From: Promethearchaeota archaeon
GTDB lineage: Archaea; Asgardarchaeota; Lokiarchaeia; Sigyniarchaeales; SOKP01
Assembly: GCA_048937405.1 (NCBI GenBank)
Contig: JBHLNF010000002.1
Coordinates: forward strand, 224,001-288,000
Length of the DNA stretch: 64,000 nucleotides
Direction: 5' to 3'
The first letter of the stretch is position 1, and every line of letters starts with the position of its first letter. A program made the translations under genes and the position numbers. The notes under the pieces are model-generated. The model did not search any database and had not been told where the DNA came from. It saw only the letters and a list, made by a program, of their open reading frames with translations. This document shows positions 41,130 through 52,400 of the stretch, in pieces.

Positions 41130-41660
41130 TTAAGTATTATTTGAAATTTGATCTAATATTCTTTTCGTTAATTCACTAAATGCTTCTTCAACATTTTCGC
41201 CTGTTTTAGCAGAAGTAATAATCATTCCTAAATTGTTTGCTTCTGCGAACTCCTTTGATTGATTTTCTGTTATTTTAATTTGATTTTTCAGATCAGATTT
41301 ATTTCCAATTAATATTATAGGAGCAGCATCTCTAGCTTCCCTGAAGTCATTTATCCAATCATTAAGTTTCTCAAATGTCTTAGAACTAGTCATATCATAG
41401 ACTAATAATGCCCCATTTGCTCCTTCTAAATATAATTTTCTTAGTGACTTAAATGATTCTTGTCCTCCGAGATCCCATATTTGAGCAGATACATCACCAT
41501 ACACCTCTATAGTCATATCTTTTTTTAAAAGGTTAACACCAAGAGTACTTTTGTAATTTTCTCTAAATTTATTTTCTATAAATCTATATACGAGTGAAGT
41601 TTTTCCCACATTGGCTTCTCCGAGTAAAGTTATCTTAATAATGTATTTTGCCTCTGTCAT
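41130..41660 (-). CDS. Rab-like small GTPase
   Basis: GEANVGKT, WDLGGQ, NKSD, TSAK. Confidence 0.93.
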   Translation of the reverse strand: MTEAKYIIKITLLGEANVGKTSLVYRFIENKFRENYKSTLGVNLLKKDMTIEVYGDVSAQIWDLGGQESFKSLRKLYLEGANGALLVYDMTSSKTFEKLNDWINDFREARDAAPIILIGNKSDLKNQIKITENQSKEFAEANNLGMIITSAKTGENVEEAFSELTKRILDQISNNT

Positions 41661-41819
41661 TAATCATAACCTAATAAAATACTAACAAAATTATTATATA
41701 TTCAAAGTATAATTTGCACTTATTAATAATTTTCTGATAAAAATTCTAAATTATACAATCAATTTTATGAGTAAGAATACCTTTCAAAAAAAGTAATAGT
41801 AAAAAAATATTATATAAAA

Positions 41820-42299
41820 TTAATCTTTCTGGAATACTATCATAAATTCACAATAATTCTCGCCGGTTTGTAAACTACATCCGAGCTCTTGAGCAAAACA
41901 ATGCCGGTCGCTTAATTTTTCTACTATTCCAGCTAATAATCCAGCTTCAAATGAACAAAAGCTTCCTGATGATTTAATTCCTTTTTTAATTAAATCTTTT
42001 ATAGATGAATGTTCTTGTAATTTTAGTTGTACAATTTCTTCACTACTTTCTGTAATCTCAACTGATCCGATGTTGAATTCAGAAATAATTCGATTTAATT
42101 CTTCTGGAATTTGAGATACATCTTTAACAGCTTTAATTTTTAGTATAGATCCTAATTCATGTCCTAAATAATAAAAAATAGCTTCAAGTTGATGTCCTAA
42201 TGCAAGTAAAGCACCTACTTTCATATCTCCGATATCTTTACCTTCTTTTAAATTTTTTTTCATTTGGGCAAGAATTTTTGATAATAATTGTCTATCCAT
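41820..42299 (-). CDS. V4R-domain protein
   Basis: FCSFEAGLLAG...ELGC...GENYCEF. Confidence 0.8.
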   Translation of the reverse strand: MDRQLLSKILAQMKKNLKEGKDIGDMKVGALLALGHQLEAIFYYLGHELGSILKIKAVKDVSQIPEELNRIISEFNIGSVEITESSEEIVQLKLQEHSSIKDLIKKGIKSSGSFCSFEAGLLAGIVEKLSDRHCFAQELGCSLQTGENYCEFMIVFQKD

Positions 42300-42341
42300 T
42301 AAATTTCACTTTATTTTGTTTATTTTTATTTTCTTTAATGA

Positions 42342-42641
42342 TTATATTTTAACTGAAGATATAAATGCATAAAGAATCGCATCTATAATTTCCTCTTCTT
42401 GTATATTAACTGATATTCTCTTGTCTGCTATAATTAAAGTGGGTACCGAAGTTATACGATAATCTTGAGTAAACTTCCGATTTTCTTCTAAGTCAATTGA
42501 TATTTTTTCAATTCTTAATTTTTTTCCGAACAAAGATATATTTATTCTTTTTAACATTTCTTCAACTGGTTTGCATGGTGCACAATGATTTGAAGAGAAA
42601 AATAAGATTTTCGGATATCCTTGGTTGATATCATCATACAT
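42342..42641 (-). CDS. Thioredoxin-fold protein
   Basis: CAPC and SVPTLI motifs. Confidence 0.8.
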   Translation of the reverse strand: MYDDINQGYPKILFFSSNHCAPCKPVEEMLKRINISLFGKKLRIEKISIDLEENRKFTQDYRITSVPTLIIADKRISVNIQEEEIIDAILYAFISSVKI

Positions 42642-42644
42642 TTT

Positions 42645-43184
42645 CTAATCTTCTTTATATTTATTATATAACTCTTTAATTATTGCTTGGAATGCTTCAA
42701 AAACACCTTGTCCGGTCTTTGCAGAAGTTTTGTAATACCCAAGAAAATTCCTCTCATCTACGATTTTCTTTACTTTTTTATCATCTAAATCTTTTTCCTC
42801 AACTAAATCGGTTTTATTTCCAAATAAAACGATAGGGAGTTCTCCAGTATACTTTTTAATATCTTCATGCCAATCTAGTATACTATCAAAACTTTTCTTA
42901 TCCGTATGCGAAAATACTATGATTGCAGCCTTGCTACCCTTATAAAACGTAGGTCGCATAAAATTAAACTCATCTTGTCCAGCAATGTCCCAAAAAAATA
43001 ATTTACAATTATCTCCTTCAACTTCTTCATCATATTTTGAAAATTGTGCCCCCAACGTTTTAATATAATCTTTTTGAAAACTCCCTTGAGTATATTTTTT
43101 AATTAAGGAGGTTTTCCCTACAGCGCCATTCCCTATTACAGTTATTTTAAATACGAATCCTTTAGTAGCATCATTTTTTCCCAT
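42645..43184 (-). CDS. Rab-like small GTPase
   Basis: GNGAVGKT, WDIAGQ, NKTD, TSAK. Confidence 0.93.
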   Translation of the reverse strand: MGKNDATKGFVFKITVIGNGAVGKTSLIKKYTQGSFQKDYIKTLGAQFSKYDEEVEGDNCKLFFWDIAGQDEFNFMRPTFYKGSKAAIIVFSHTDKKSFDSILDWHEDIKKYTGELPIVLFGNKTDLVEEKDLDDKKVKKIVDERNFLGYYKTSAKTGQGVFEAFQAIIKELYNKYKED

Positions 43185-43315
43185 TTAAATCACTCTGTTA
43201 ATTTTATTTGTTAAATTCTGTTATTGTAGTAATATTTATCAAAAGTATACTATATTATTATTTTATTTAATTTTATTTTTTATTAATTTATATTAATAAT
43301 AACTACTCATTTTAA

Positions 43316-43780
43316 ATGTTTACATTGAGAGTCAAGGTTCAAGATCCAAATGATATGATGTTTTGTTCTCAATGTAAAATGAATGTTTACCCTTCAAGAC
43401 CTAAATTCAATATTGTTTTATTTGTTGTTTTAGCTATAATTATGTTATTTGTATTCACTACAATAACTCTAATATCTATGTCATTTTTTTCAGAATTTCT
43501 TCTTTTTATTTTTTTTATGTGGGGATTTTTGATAATTAATCCCTATTTAGTCTATTTTGGATTAAGGAGGAAGCAAAATTGTCCCTTATGCTTTAAAAAG
43601 GCTTCTGAAAAAAACTTAGAATATAAACCATTTGGAGAAAAAGAACCAGAGATTTATAAAAAAATAGATCCTCCTCAACAAACTAATATAAAGTGGTTTT
43701 GTCCTTATTGTGGGGTTTCTTTAAATGAGGGCGCTATATATTGTGGCTCATGTGGGAAAAAATTTGAAATTAATCAATAA
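43316..43780 (+). CDS. Membrane protein with zinc ribbons
   Basis: CSQC, two TM, CPLC, then CPYC...CGSC. Confidence 0.7.
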   Translation: MFTLRVKVQDPNDMMFCSQCKMNVYPSRPKFNIVLFVVLAIIMLFVFTTITLISMSFFSEFLLFIFFMWGFLIINPYLVYFGLRRKQNCPLCFKKASEKNLEYKPFGEKEPEIYKKIDPPQQTNIKWFCPYCGVSLNEGAIYCGSCGKKFEINQ

Positions 43781-43788
43781 ATTAAATT

Positions 43789-44262
43789 ATGGGAATATTA
43801 CGCAGAATAGAAAAAATAGTGAGAATTTTCTCAGAGAAAAAACTAAAAATTTCAGTAGCTGAAAGTTGTACTGGAGGTTTTATCTCTCATATGTTTACAA
43901 ATATTTCTGGATCATCAAAAGTCTTTGAAAGAGGAATTGTCTGTTATAGTAATGAAGCAAAGATAGAACTACTGAAAGTAGATCCAAAAATTATTGAAAT
44001 CTATGGTGCTGTATCAGAAAAAGTAGTTAATTCATTAGCTTATAATATTAGAATTCAATCAAATGTTGATTTTGGAATAGGAATCAGTGGAATTGCTGGA
44101 CCTACTGGAGGCACTCCAGAAAAACCAGTGGGGCTTGTATTTATAGGCATTTCAACAGAGAAGGATACAATTGTACAGAAATTCATTTTTAAAACAAACC
44201 GTATAAATTTTAAAAGAAAAGTATTGGAAAAAGTAATTGATATCTTAGAAGAATCTCAGTAA
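43789..44262 (+). CDS. pncC: CinA C-terminal / NMN deamidase PncC
   Basis: AESCTGG, GSS, YSNEAK, GAVS, GIAGP.GG...KPVG. Confidence 0.9.
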   Translation: MGILRRIEKIVRIFSEKKLKISVAESCTGGFISHMFTNISGSSKVFERGIVCYSNEAKIELLKVDPKIIEIYGAVSEKVVNSLAYNIRIQSNVDFGIGISGIAGPTGGTPEKPVGLVFIGISTEKDTIVQKFIFKTNRINFKRKVLEKVIDILEESQ

Positions 44263-44303
44263 GCAATTTCAGATAATAAAATGAAGAGTAAGAAAAAAAG
44301 AAC

Positions 44304-45539
44304 TTATTCTTCAATTAATTTCCCATTTTCCATTATACTTTTTTTAGAACCATCTATATACTCAACAGTTATGTTTGCTTTAGGAGAAGTAACAAAATCC
44401 CAATGCATTTGAGATGCGGATGTACCTCCAAATCCCTTATTTGAGCCAAAAGCAACATGAACACTTCCATTAATTTTTTCATCAGTAAGAATGTATCCAA
44501 TTGCTTTTGTTATTACAGGATTACATCCTATTCCAAGTTCACCTACGTTATACGTTCTGATCTCTGGTACATTATTTTCTCTATCTACTTTCTCACTCTG
44601 TTTAAAAGCATCTATTAAGAGATCCAGGTTAATATCCGCTGAAACCTTATCGATCAATAGTTTACCATCCTTGAAACTAAGTTCTACATTTTTTAAAATT
44701 TTATGAGTGTAACGTTCAATTGTTAAAGGACAAAATAATGTTCCTTCTCCCTGTTTTTCATGTGGTGGGAAAAAAACTTCTCCGGCAGGCAAGTTTCCTC
44801 CTAAATCTCCTAAGGCAATTTGTTCTTCAGATATTAAACCATCATCAAGAATTTTATCTCGATTTTCTATTGATACCCAAAAGTCAGTACCATAATCATC
44901 ACTAACATATACTTTTTTAGCTTTTTCAAAAAATTTTCCAATATTTTCTGTAATTTTGGTTAAATCTTCTGAAGGAATACACATACCATTAATAATGAAT
45001 TTTTCAAGTAAATCATACTCAATTTTATAGTAATTTGCCATTTTCTCTGAAGGCCAACATGAGTATATCCATCTTTTTCCTGGAGCATATTCTTCTTTAT
45101 ATCCATACAATATATCATTTAATGACGCACGTCCTTCTTGATAAGCTTCAAGCTTATCTTTTGGTGCTCTATTACGAACTAAAGGGTCTTCGGGGTACTC
45201 AATTACAATGTAAGCATCGATTTTTTTAATCATTTCCAAATAAGGGAGTGGCGTACTTTTAATTGTTTTGGCTTTAATTTGGTCATCTTGCCACATTGAA
45301 TTCTCATAATAGTCACTTATCGGGCTAATATGCGGATTTCCTCCTTTTCTAAGAACACTTACCCCTATTTCGTCTAATAAGTCGTAACAATAGAGACCGC
45401 CCTTTATAAGAATGAATTCATTTTCTTTTTTGATGTTTATACCTTTAACAATGTTTTCTGCACATAATTTAATTTTTTCTTTAGGGATCATATCATTATC
45501 AAATATTTCATGAATATTATTTATTGCTATATTCTGCAT
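44304..45539 (-). CDS. Aminopeptidase, peptidase M29 family
   Basis: NLPAGEVF, GELGIG.N, DEK..GSVHVAFG, HWD. Confidence 0.85.
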   Translation of the reverse strand: MQNIAINNIHEIFDNDMIPKEKIKLCAENIVKGINIKKENEFILIKGGLYCYDLLDEIGVSVLRKGGNPHISPISDYYENSMWQDDQIKAKTIKSTPLPYLEMIKKIDAYIVIEYPEDPLVRNRAPKDKLEAYQEGRASLNDILYGYKEEYAPGKRWIYSCWPSEKMANYYKIEYDLLEKFIINGMCIPSEDLTKITENIGKFFEKAKKVYVSDDYGTDFWVSIENRDKILDDGLISEEQIALGDLGGNLPAGEVFFPPHEKQGEGTLFCPLTIERYTHKILKNVELSFKDGKLLIDKVSADINLDLLIDAFKQSEKVDRENNVPEIRTYNVGELGIGCNPVITKAIGYILTDEKINGSVHVAFGSNKGFGGTSASQMHWDFVTSPKANITVEYIDGSKKSIMENGKLIEE

Positions 45540-45736
45540 TTTGAAATTAGCATATAAGAGAATATAAAAAAATAAGAAATTAAATGAAATTAATTTTGCA
45601 TAAAAATTGAAGTAATATCAATTGATCTTTTTGATTTAAAGGAGAATAAATTTAAATTTAGATCTAAACTTCAAAAATTATTATCTATATTGAAAATATA
45701 ATTGTTCTTAATCAGTTATCAAGAATGTGATATACA

Positions 45737-46399
45737 TCAGGAAAATTTTTTTTGAACTTTTGTTTTTTGAAGTTCCTCTCTTCGGAACCTATCTCCTTCA
45801 AGTACGTCTTGGGGTAATATTAATTTAACTATCCAGTCTACATCAATTTCCTTTTGATTTTTTACTGTATTCTTTATATCATGTCTAATTGGAATCCTGT
45901 CTGGAGCTATAATAAAGGGATAGTCATCGTTTATTTTACCTTGTTCTCGAAGTTTTTTTACAACTTGATTGTTGGATTCCCAAGTAATCTTTGTCTTTAC
46001 ACCTTCTTTATAATTCTTTATTGCTTCTCGAAACTCAGATAAATAATAAAACCTCTCGGCTTTATCTTTTTCATCAAATAACTGGTCCTTTTCATCGTCC
46101 CAATTAGAATTGATTAAGATAAGCTCTTTGAGTGCGTTTGTCATCTTAGCCCCAAATTTCATCAAATATACGCCTAAAACTTGATATGCCAATCGGGATT
46201 TTTGTTTAATTGCAAGTCTAACTAAATCCTCATATGTCTGTTCAATTAATTCTTTGTTCCTTTCATCGGAGATTTCCCTTAAAGTTTCTTTTTCAATGTC
46301 ACTTAAAGCATTATCAACTATATCATTAAATCTGGCAAAAAAAATGTTTGCTTGACTATTCCCCATGATTGTGTAAGACCAAGTTCTCATTTCTGTCAT
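45737..46399 (-). CDS. Hypothetical protein, candidate immunity protein (DUF4259-like N-terminus)
   Basis: Starts 48 bp after the giant ORF on the same strand; MRTWSYTIMGNSQA resembles MGxWgxgxfdND.A. Confidence 0.45.
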   Translation of the reverse strand: MTEMRTWSYTIMGNSQANIFFARFNDIVDNALSDIEKETLREISDERNKELIEQTYEDLVRLAIKQKSRLAYQVLGVYLMKFGAKMTNALKELILINSNWDDEKDQLFDEKDKAERFYYLSEFREAIKNYKEGVKTKITWESNNQVVKKLREQGKINDDYPFIIAPDRIPIRHDIKNTVKNQKEIDVDWIVKLILPQDVLEGDRFRREELQKTKVQKKFS

Positions 46400-46447
46400 A
46401 TTTAAAAATAAATTTTCTTTCTAATAGCAATATAAAAAATATAGTAT

Positions 46448-49400
46448 TTAAATGTTTGACCTCGACCCTAAAAATTGATCGAACCAATATTCATTAACTC
46501 CCATTTCATTTAAACTTATGATTGCATCATCTTTTTTATCCATTAAAGCATTAAATGCATCTTCATCACCTTTGAGTGATTCTTTCTTGAGTTTCATTAA
46601 TATATTGATTTCTGGAGGAAGTGGATTATCCGGATTAGTCCCTGTCCCAGCTAATCCTAAGAAATTCGACAAATCCTCAATTGTAATAACGTTTATACGA
46701 TCTGGGAAATCGTCAACTAATTTTTTAATATCTCTATCCCATTTAGGAGCTAAATAATGACGTTTTTCATTATATAGCACAATTAATAGATGTGTGTCGT
46801 CAGTATAATAACCTTTTTCTAACTTTTCTTGAATTTTATCGAATCTTGTATTCATTGTCCAATCTATAACAATCCTTTTTATATCTTTGTCAAAATGAGG
46901 AATAGTATAGAAATATTTTTTGTCTTTGTGAAAGTAAAATCTTCCTTGTAAGTCTTGTAAACGATTTTCATCCTCAAAGAAATTTATAAATTCTGTTGTT
47001 CTTGGAATAAGAGTGTCAACTTTAGTGCCTTTATCAAAATCAAGGTTATACCTCTTCGCTCGGATTTCATAAAAGCTTTTAAAATTCCTATCAAGTAAAG
47101 ATCTGATAAATATTTCTGAAATCGGAACATGGAATAAGGTACCAATATCTTCTCTTTTATAATCTCCAATATTTTTTAAGAAATCATTAACCCAGTCTAT
47201 TGCATTTCGCTTTGATTTTGAAGAAACTGATGAAGTTAAACTATTAATTTTCTGTTTAAGATTTATAAATACTGATTTCTTGGGAGTAATCCCTCTCCTT
47301 AAATCTGTCATAAGAGTTGGAGCTATCTTATATATTGATACTATTTCTCTGTTGTTATCATCAGCAAACGCAAACATTGCAGAAATGATAAGATTTAATA
47401 AATCTTGATCAATATCATCTATCAAAACATCCTGCTTCTGCAATTTTACAGTAAAACCATACCTTAAGATATGACCTATCACTAACTTATTGATCGAGGT
47501 AACAAACTCTTTAAAATTATTTTTATCTATATATAAATCTACATCTGTTTCTTTGATTATTATATTTCTTGTCTGCTTGAAATTTAACCTATTAGAATAA
47601 TATATAAATTCAAAAAGAGTTGTAAAATCAAATTCATCTCTTTTTTTGGAATATGTGTGAGATTTTAAAGATCTTAAGACCTTGTCTGGATGTTCAGAAT
47701 GTCCAGAATATAAAATTTTTGATATTAACTCATCAGTCAAAGGTTTTTTAACTCCACATTTTCCAATAAGCTTTTGTAATTCTTCAATAATATTATCTAC
47801 TAATTCTACTCGGTTCGGTTTATCAACTTCTTCTGAATAACGTTTATTATACCAAATATCTAACATTGGATCTGTGAAATGTTCAATTGCACTTACTCTA
47901 ACAAATTCAGGGAGGAACTGGAATGTCTTTCTTTTTAGGATATTAGTAGAAATCTTAATTATAGAATCAATTTCTACAAATTTACGCTTCCCTTTTCTAA
48001 GTTCACCTACCCAACCCGCATTCATTCCAAGCTCTAAACTAAGTCTCTGATATGAAAACTTCTGTTCCCCGTTCCATTTATAGAAAAATTCACTTCCGCC
48101 TATTTTTCTTTTATTAGCTTCTCTAATATTCGCTTGAAGATAATTGATTAAACGAATTGCCAAATTGTTGATACGTTTTATTTGATTTGGATTTAGCCCT
48201 CGAGCTCCAATAACATTACCAGTATTTTCACTTACTGAATAATCATGATCAGGATAGAATTGGAAATTCTTGATACCTAATATTAAATGCGCAAGTGGAT
48301 TATATCTCGTCGCTAACAACAGCTCTACTGTAGAATCAAATAATTCATCTTTTATGAGAGGCTTCTGAGTTTGACCCAACTGGGCCCATTCTATTGCTTC
48401 ACTAAGATCATCTTGTACTATATCGTTTATAGTAACATATTCCAAAAGTGAATCAGAAATTCTATCGGTAAGATAAGTATTTGAAGCTTTAACCTGTTGC
48501 TTTTGTAATACCGACTTATATATATCCTTCAATGAATCTAAAGTCTCTGCGGAAGTTCCAATGCCTATTAGAAGATTTCCGAATCCTGCACTGATGGAGC
48601 CCAAAAGACCCCCAGTAAGAGCTCCAGCAAGCATAATGAAAGGAGAGAAATCATCTATATAATCAATCATTCCCTTTTTAGTTTCTTGCTGTTCTTTAGC
48701 TTTAATCTTTAAGTCATTGGTGGTTTCGATTTGAGATTGAACGCGAATATTAGGCTCGATTTCAGCTTTAATCTGTATTTGAGATTGTTCTTGAAAGTGT
48801 GTATTCATACCGGAACCCGTCCAAATGAGCTGGTTGAGATCACCGGTCATTTCACGTCCCGATTCGGCAAGCCCGCTCCATAAAATCTGAGCAGCAACAC
48901 CATATCCACAGTCGGCAACATAATTAGATACCACTGAGTCAATCCACGGATCCACATACACTTCTTCAATCGATTCGCTTATCATGGCTCCAAAAATACG
49001 GTACATGCCCATGTGTTTACCCCCAAGATCTTCAAACTTACTTCCAATATTTTTGAGAACTTGAGAAGTCATTGTTTTCGAAGATTCCGCAGCCAATGCT
49101 TTGCCTTGAGTAGTGATACTATTACCGAGGCTGCCGAATGCCTTATCAATCCCCATAGTAGCTCCAATGGAGAGCGCGGTGCTAATTACGGTTATAAACA
49201 CTGTGTAGCAAATTTCACTTAAGCGCTGTTGCGTCTGCTCTGCGACCGTAAACTGATAAAGATATTGGAGCATGGATTGATGAGTAGATTGCATGGTAGC
49301 AATTCTCTGAGCTTCTTCTGGAGTGATGTCATCTCTTTCCACAGTGATATCGCGATATTTCTCAATGTGAAAGTCAAGCACAATATATGCATCATATGAG

Positions 49401-52400
49401 GATTGTCCTGGAGATGGATGGTCTTCTTTTGCATCGTTAATAATTGCATTTAACGTTGAATAAATATCTTTACCTGAAATAAGAGATACCTCACCTGTGA
49501 ATGGATTGTATTCTGTATCAATATTTAAACCATCTTTCTGTTCAACTGTTCCTATATTATCAACTAACCATACATCGACTCCTACAATATTGGACATTAA
49601 GGGGCGGTTGGCAAGATATTCATCGGGAATTAACTGAATGGTCTCAGTGGTCTCATCATAAATTTTATAGATATGGTTATATTCATCGTATAGTTCTTGC
49701 TCTTCATATTTTTCATGGGTAACATAAATAGGATAATTCAGGTAAAATTCAGGGACTGCCGTAGTTTCGGAGTCTAACACTTGTAAAGAAGGCTTTACGG
49801 ACATCATATACGGAATAATGCGGTTATAGGACTTTTCCTCGTTTTCGGTGAGGGAGGATATCTGGTCTTCAAGATACATGAGGGAATTTCGCATATATTT
49901 AATATTTTTATTACGGGGTTTTGTGATGGTCATGTCTTTCAAATTGATAGTTCCATCGAGTATTCCTTCACTAGTTACTTCATTTTCCTCCTCGATTGGT
50001 TCGGTAACTACTAAGAATGGTTCCAATCGAGGATCCTCAATATCGGAATATGCTTCATAACTACGAGTCTGTTGGGAATAATCCAATACAATCTTATTAA
50101 ATTTAGTTCCAAAATTGGTGGTTTTATCAATTCCCGGGGAAGCAATAAGAAATTGCCCTTGATAAATATGCTCATCGGTCTCTACCTTAATCTCTGAATA
50201 TACACCTCCTGTCGTTCCAAGTAAGGCGTTGGTCATATGCTCATGGAAGTAACGGTCCTTCCACCATTTATCAGATAAGGTCTCTGTTGTCTTATAATTT
50301 TCATTATACGTCATCTGAGAGACGAGGTAGTTATTTACTTTCTTTTGTTGCTCGATGGCATTTAGGGAATTAATCAGCCAATACGTAAGCATTCCAACAA
50401 CAAATCCGATGGCAGCACCAATATATCCTCCTCCTGCTGTTCCAATAGATGTTCCTTCTAATGCTGCTCCGAGTACTCCCGCAAGAGTAATCCCAACCAC
50501 TTTCCCAATTGTATAAGATGCCACCATGGCACTTACTTGAAATGTGATATCCCCCACTATTTTTTGGGGAGTAAGGGCTTCTATAAATTGATGGGAGGTA
50601 ATACTCATAGCAAGTTTCATTAACTTACTTGACTTTCCAGAATAATCCATCTTCCATACATCGAAAAGCGAATCCCTAAAGGTGGGTTCGACAAATAACC
50701 CGTCAAAATTATTATAATCTTTGTAATTTATTAACCTTCCCTCAGCGATATTTAATGATGTGGCAAAAGAATCGGGAATTTCAGCAGTAGCTGCCTCGCT
50801 TTTTATAATATGCTTTTCCACAGGCATAGATTTATGAGGTTCAAAATATGCGTTTCCATCATAATCAAGCCCAATTCCTACCGTATATCCTTCTGAATCG
50901 GTGATAAAGATGACATTATACAGTCCATCACCATCATCATCATAATACAGATACTTATAATCCTCAATGGTATCCTTGTTATATCCTTCAGTATTATCAT
51001 ATGCAACTCCCATTTCGGGAATTACTTCAATTGCATCCACAGTAATTTGCTGCTCTTCGGTATAATCAGCAATCCCGGAACCTTCATTATATGATCCAGG
51101 AACGGTGATTACTTTTTCGGTGGCTAAAATATTAGAAACCTCAACAGGACTGTTTACAGTGATTTTCCTATCATAAATAGCGGGTACATTATCATCTGGG
51201 TGGGAAAGACTCAAAAGATTTTCAAGTAAGGGCGCTTGTATTTCAATGTCATTGGAAGGATCAGAATCCCCTTGGGTGTCTACGACGGGTATCAGATTAT
51301 TATCTAAGTTATATATTTCAGAAAGCTCGTTTGGAAATACATCATCATAATACCTAGTGCTTACCACTTCACCATATTCAAAATCCCTGAATGTATAGGA
51401 TATGCTGTCATCTGTTATAATATAAGATGAGTTTCGATATTCGGTGAAATTTGCAACTGCATATTTATGATTTACATCATCACTTTTGAAAAATGTGAGA
51501 TAAGTGATTTCGGTGGTACATACTATAGCATAAGTGCTAGTAAATATTTGTTCAGAGGTAAGTTCACTATCTATGTATCCATCTTGATCGATATCTTTTT
51601 GAATTAAAGTGGATAATTTACTAACTCGAGTAGTAGTAGTGGTATTGGTAATTATGGTACGTGTAGCCCACACTCCATTGTTGGCTACTTCATATTGCTC
51701 TGTTTCTCGAATTTCTCCGTTTTTATTTACATTTACTTCAGTAGAGAATACTTCCTGCACTAAGGTATGGAAAGAAATCTCTCCTACGGGATTGATATAT
51801 CCATATTTGAAGGAATCATAGGTGCCATCTCCTGTAATATCATCTTTTTGGACAACATATTCATGGGTACAATCCTCATCATAATCATAGAATTCCAGTA
51901 TAGTTTTTGGATCATCAATTTTTGTAAAGTTGTCGAAATCTTGTCCTTGATCTCCGAACGTAAGGGAATAGGGCTGACTGGGTGGATTATAGAGCACAAA
52001 CCCCTTATTTCGCATATATTCAAAATGCTCAAACATGGACTCTTCTGAGCCCACCGCATACTCTTCCATAAGTAGGAAGTAATCAATATCATTGTATTCA
52101 AAATCAACGTAAAGGCTATCATTTTTTGTCCACGCTGGTGCTTCAGGATGGTTAATAGTAGCAGCATCAGTCATTTTAAATTGGGTATAATCTGAATAAG
52201 CTCCTTCTGAAAAGTTGAGATATACTAAAATTTTCTCAAAATGTTCAAAGGTATATCCATTTGGTGGGGTAATTTCGATCGTTTTTGCTGTGGGGTATAT
52301 AATTACTTGATCTGGATCAAAATCAATGCTGGTTTCGTTGAAAAAATACCCTTTAATGAGCATGATATCGAGGTCTAGGGCGTTCGAGTAATCCTGCGAT

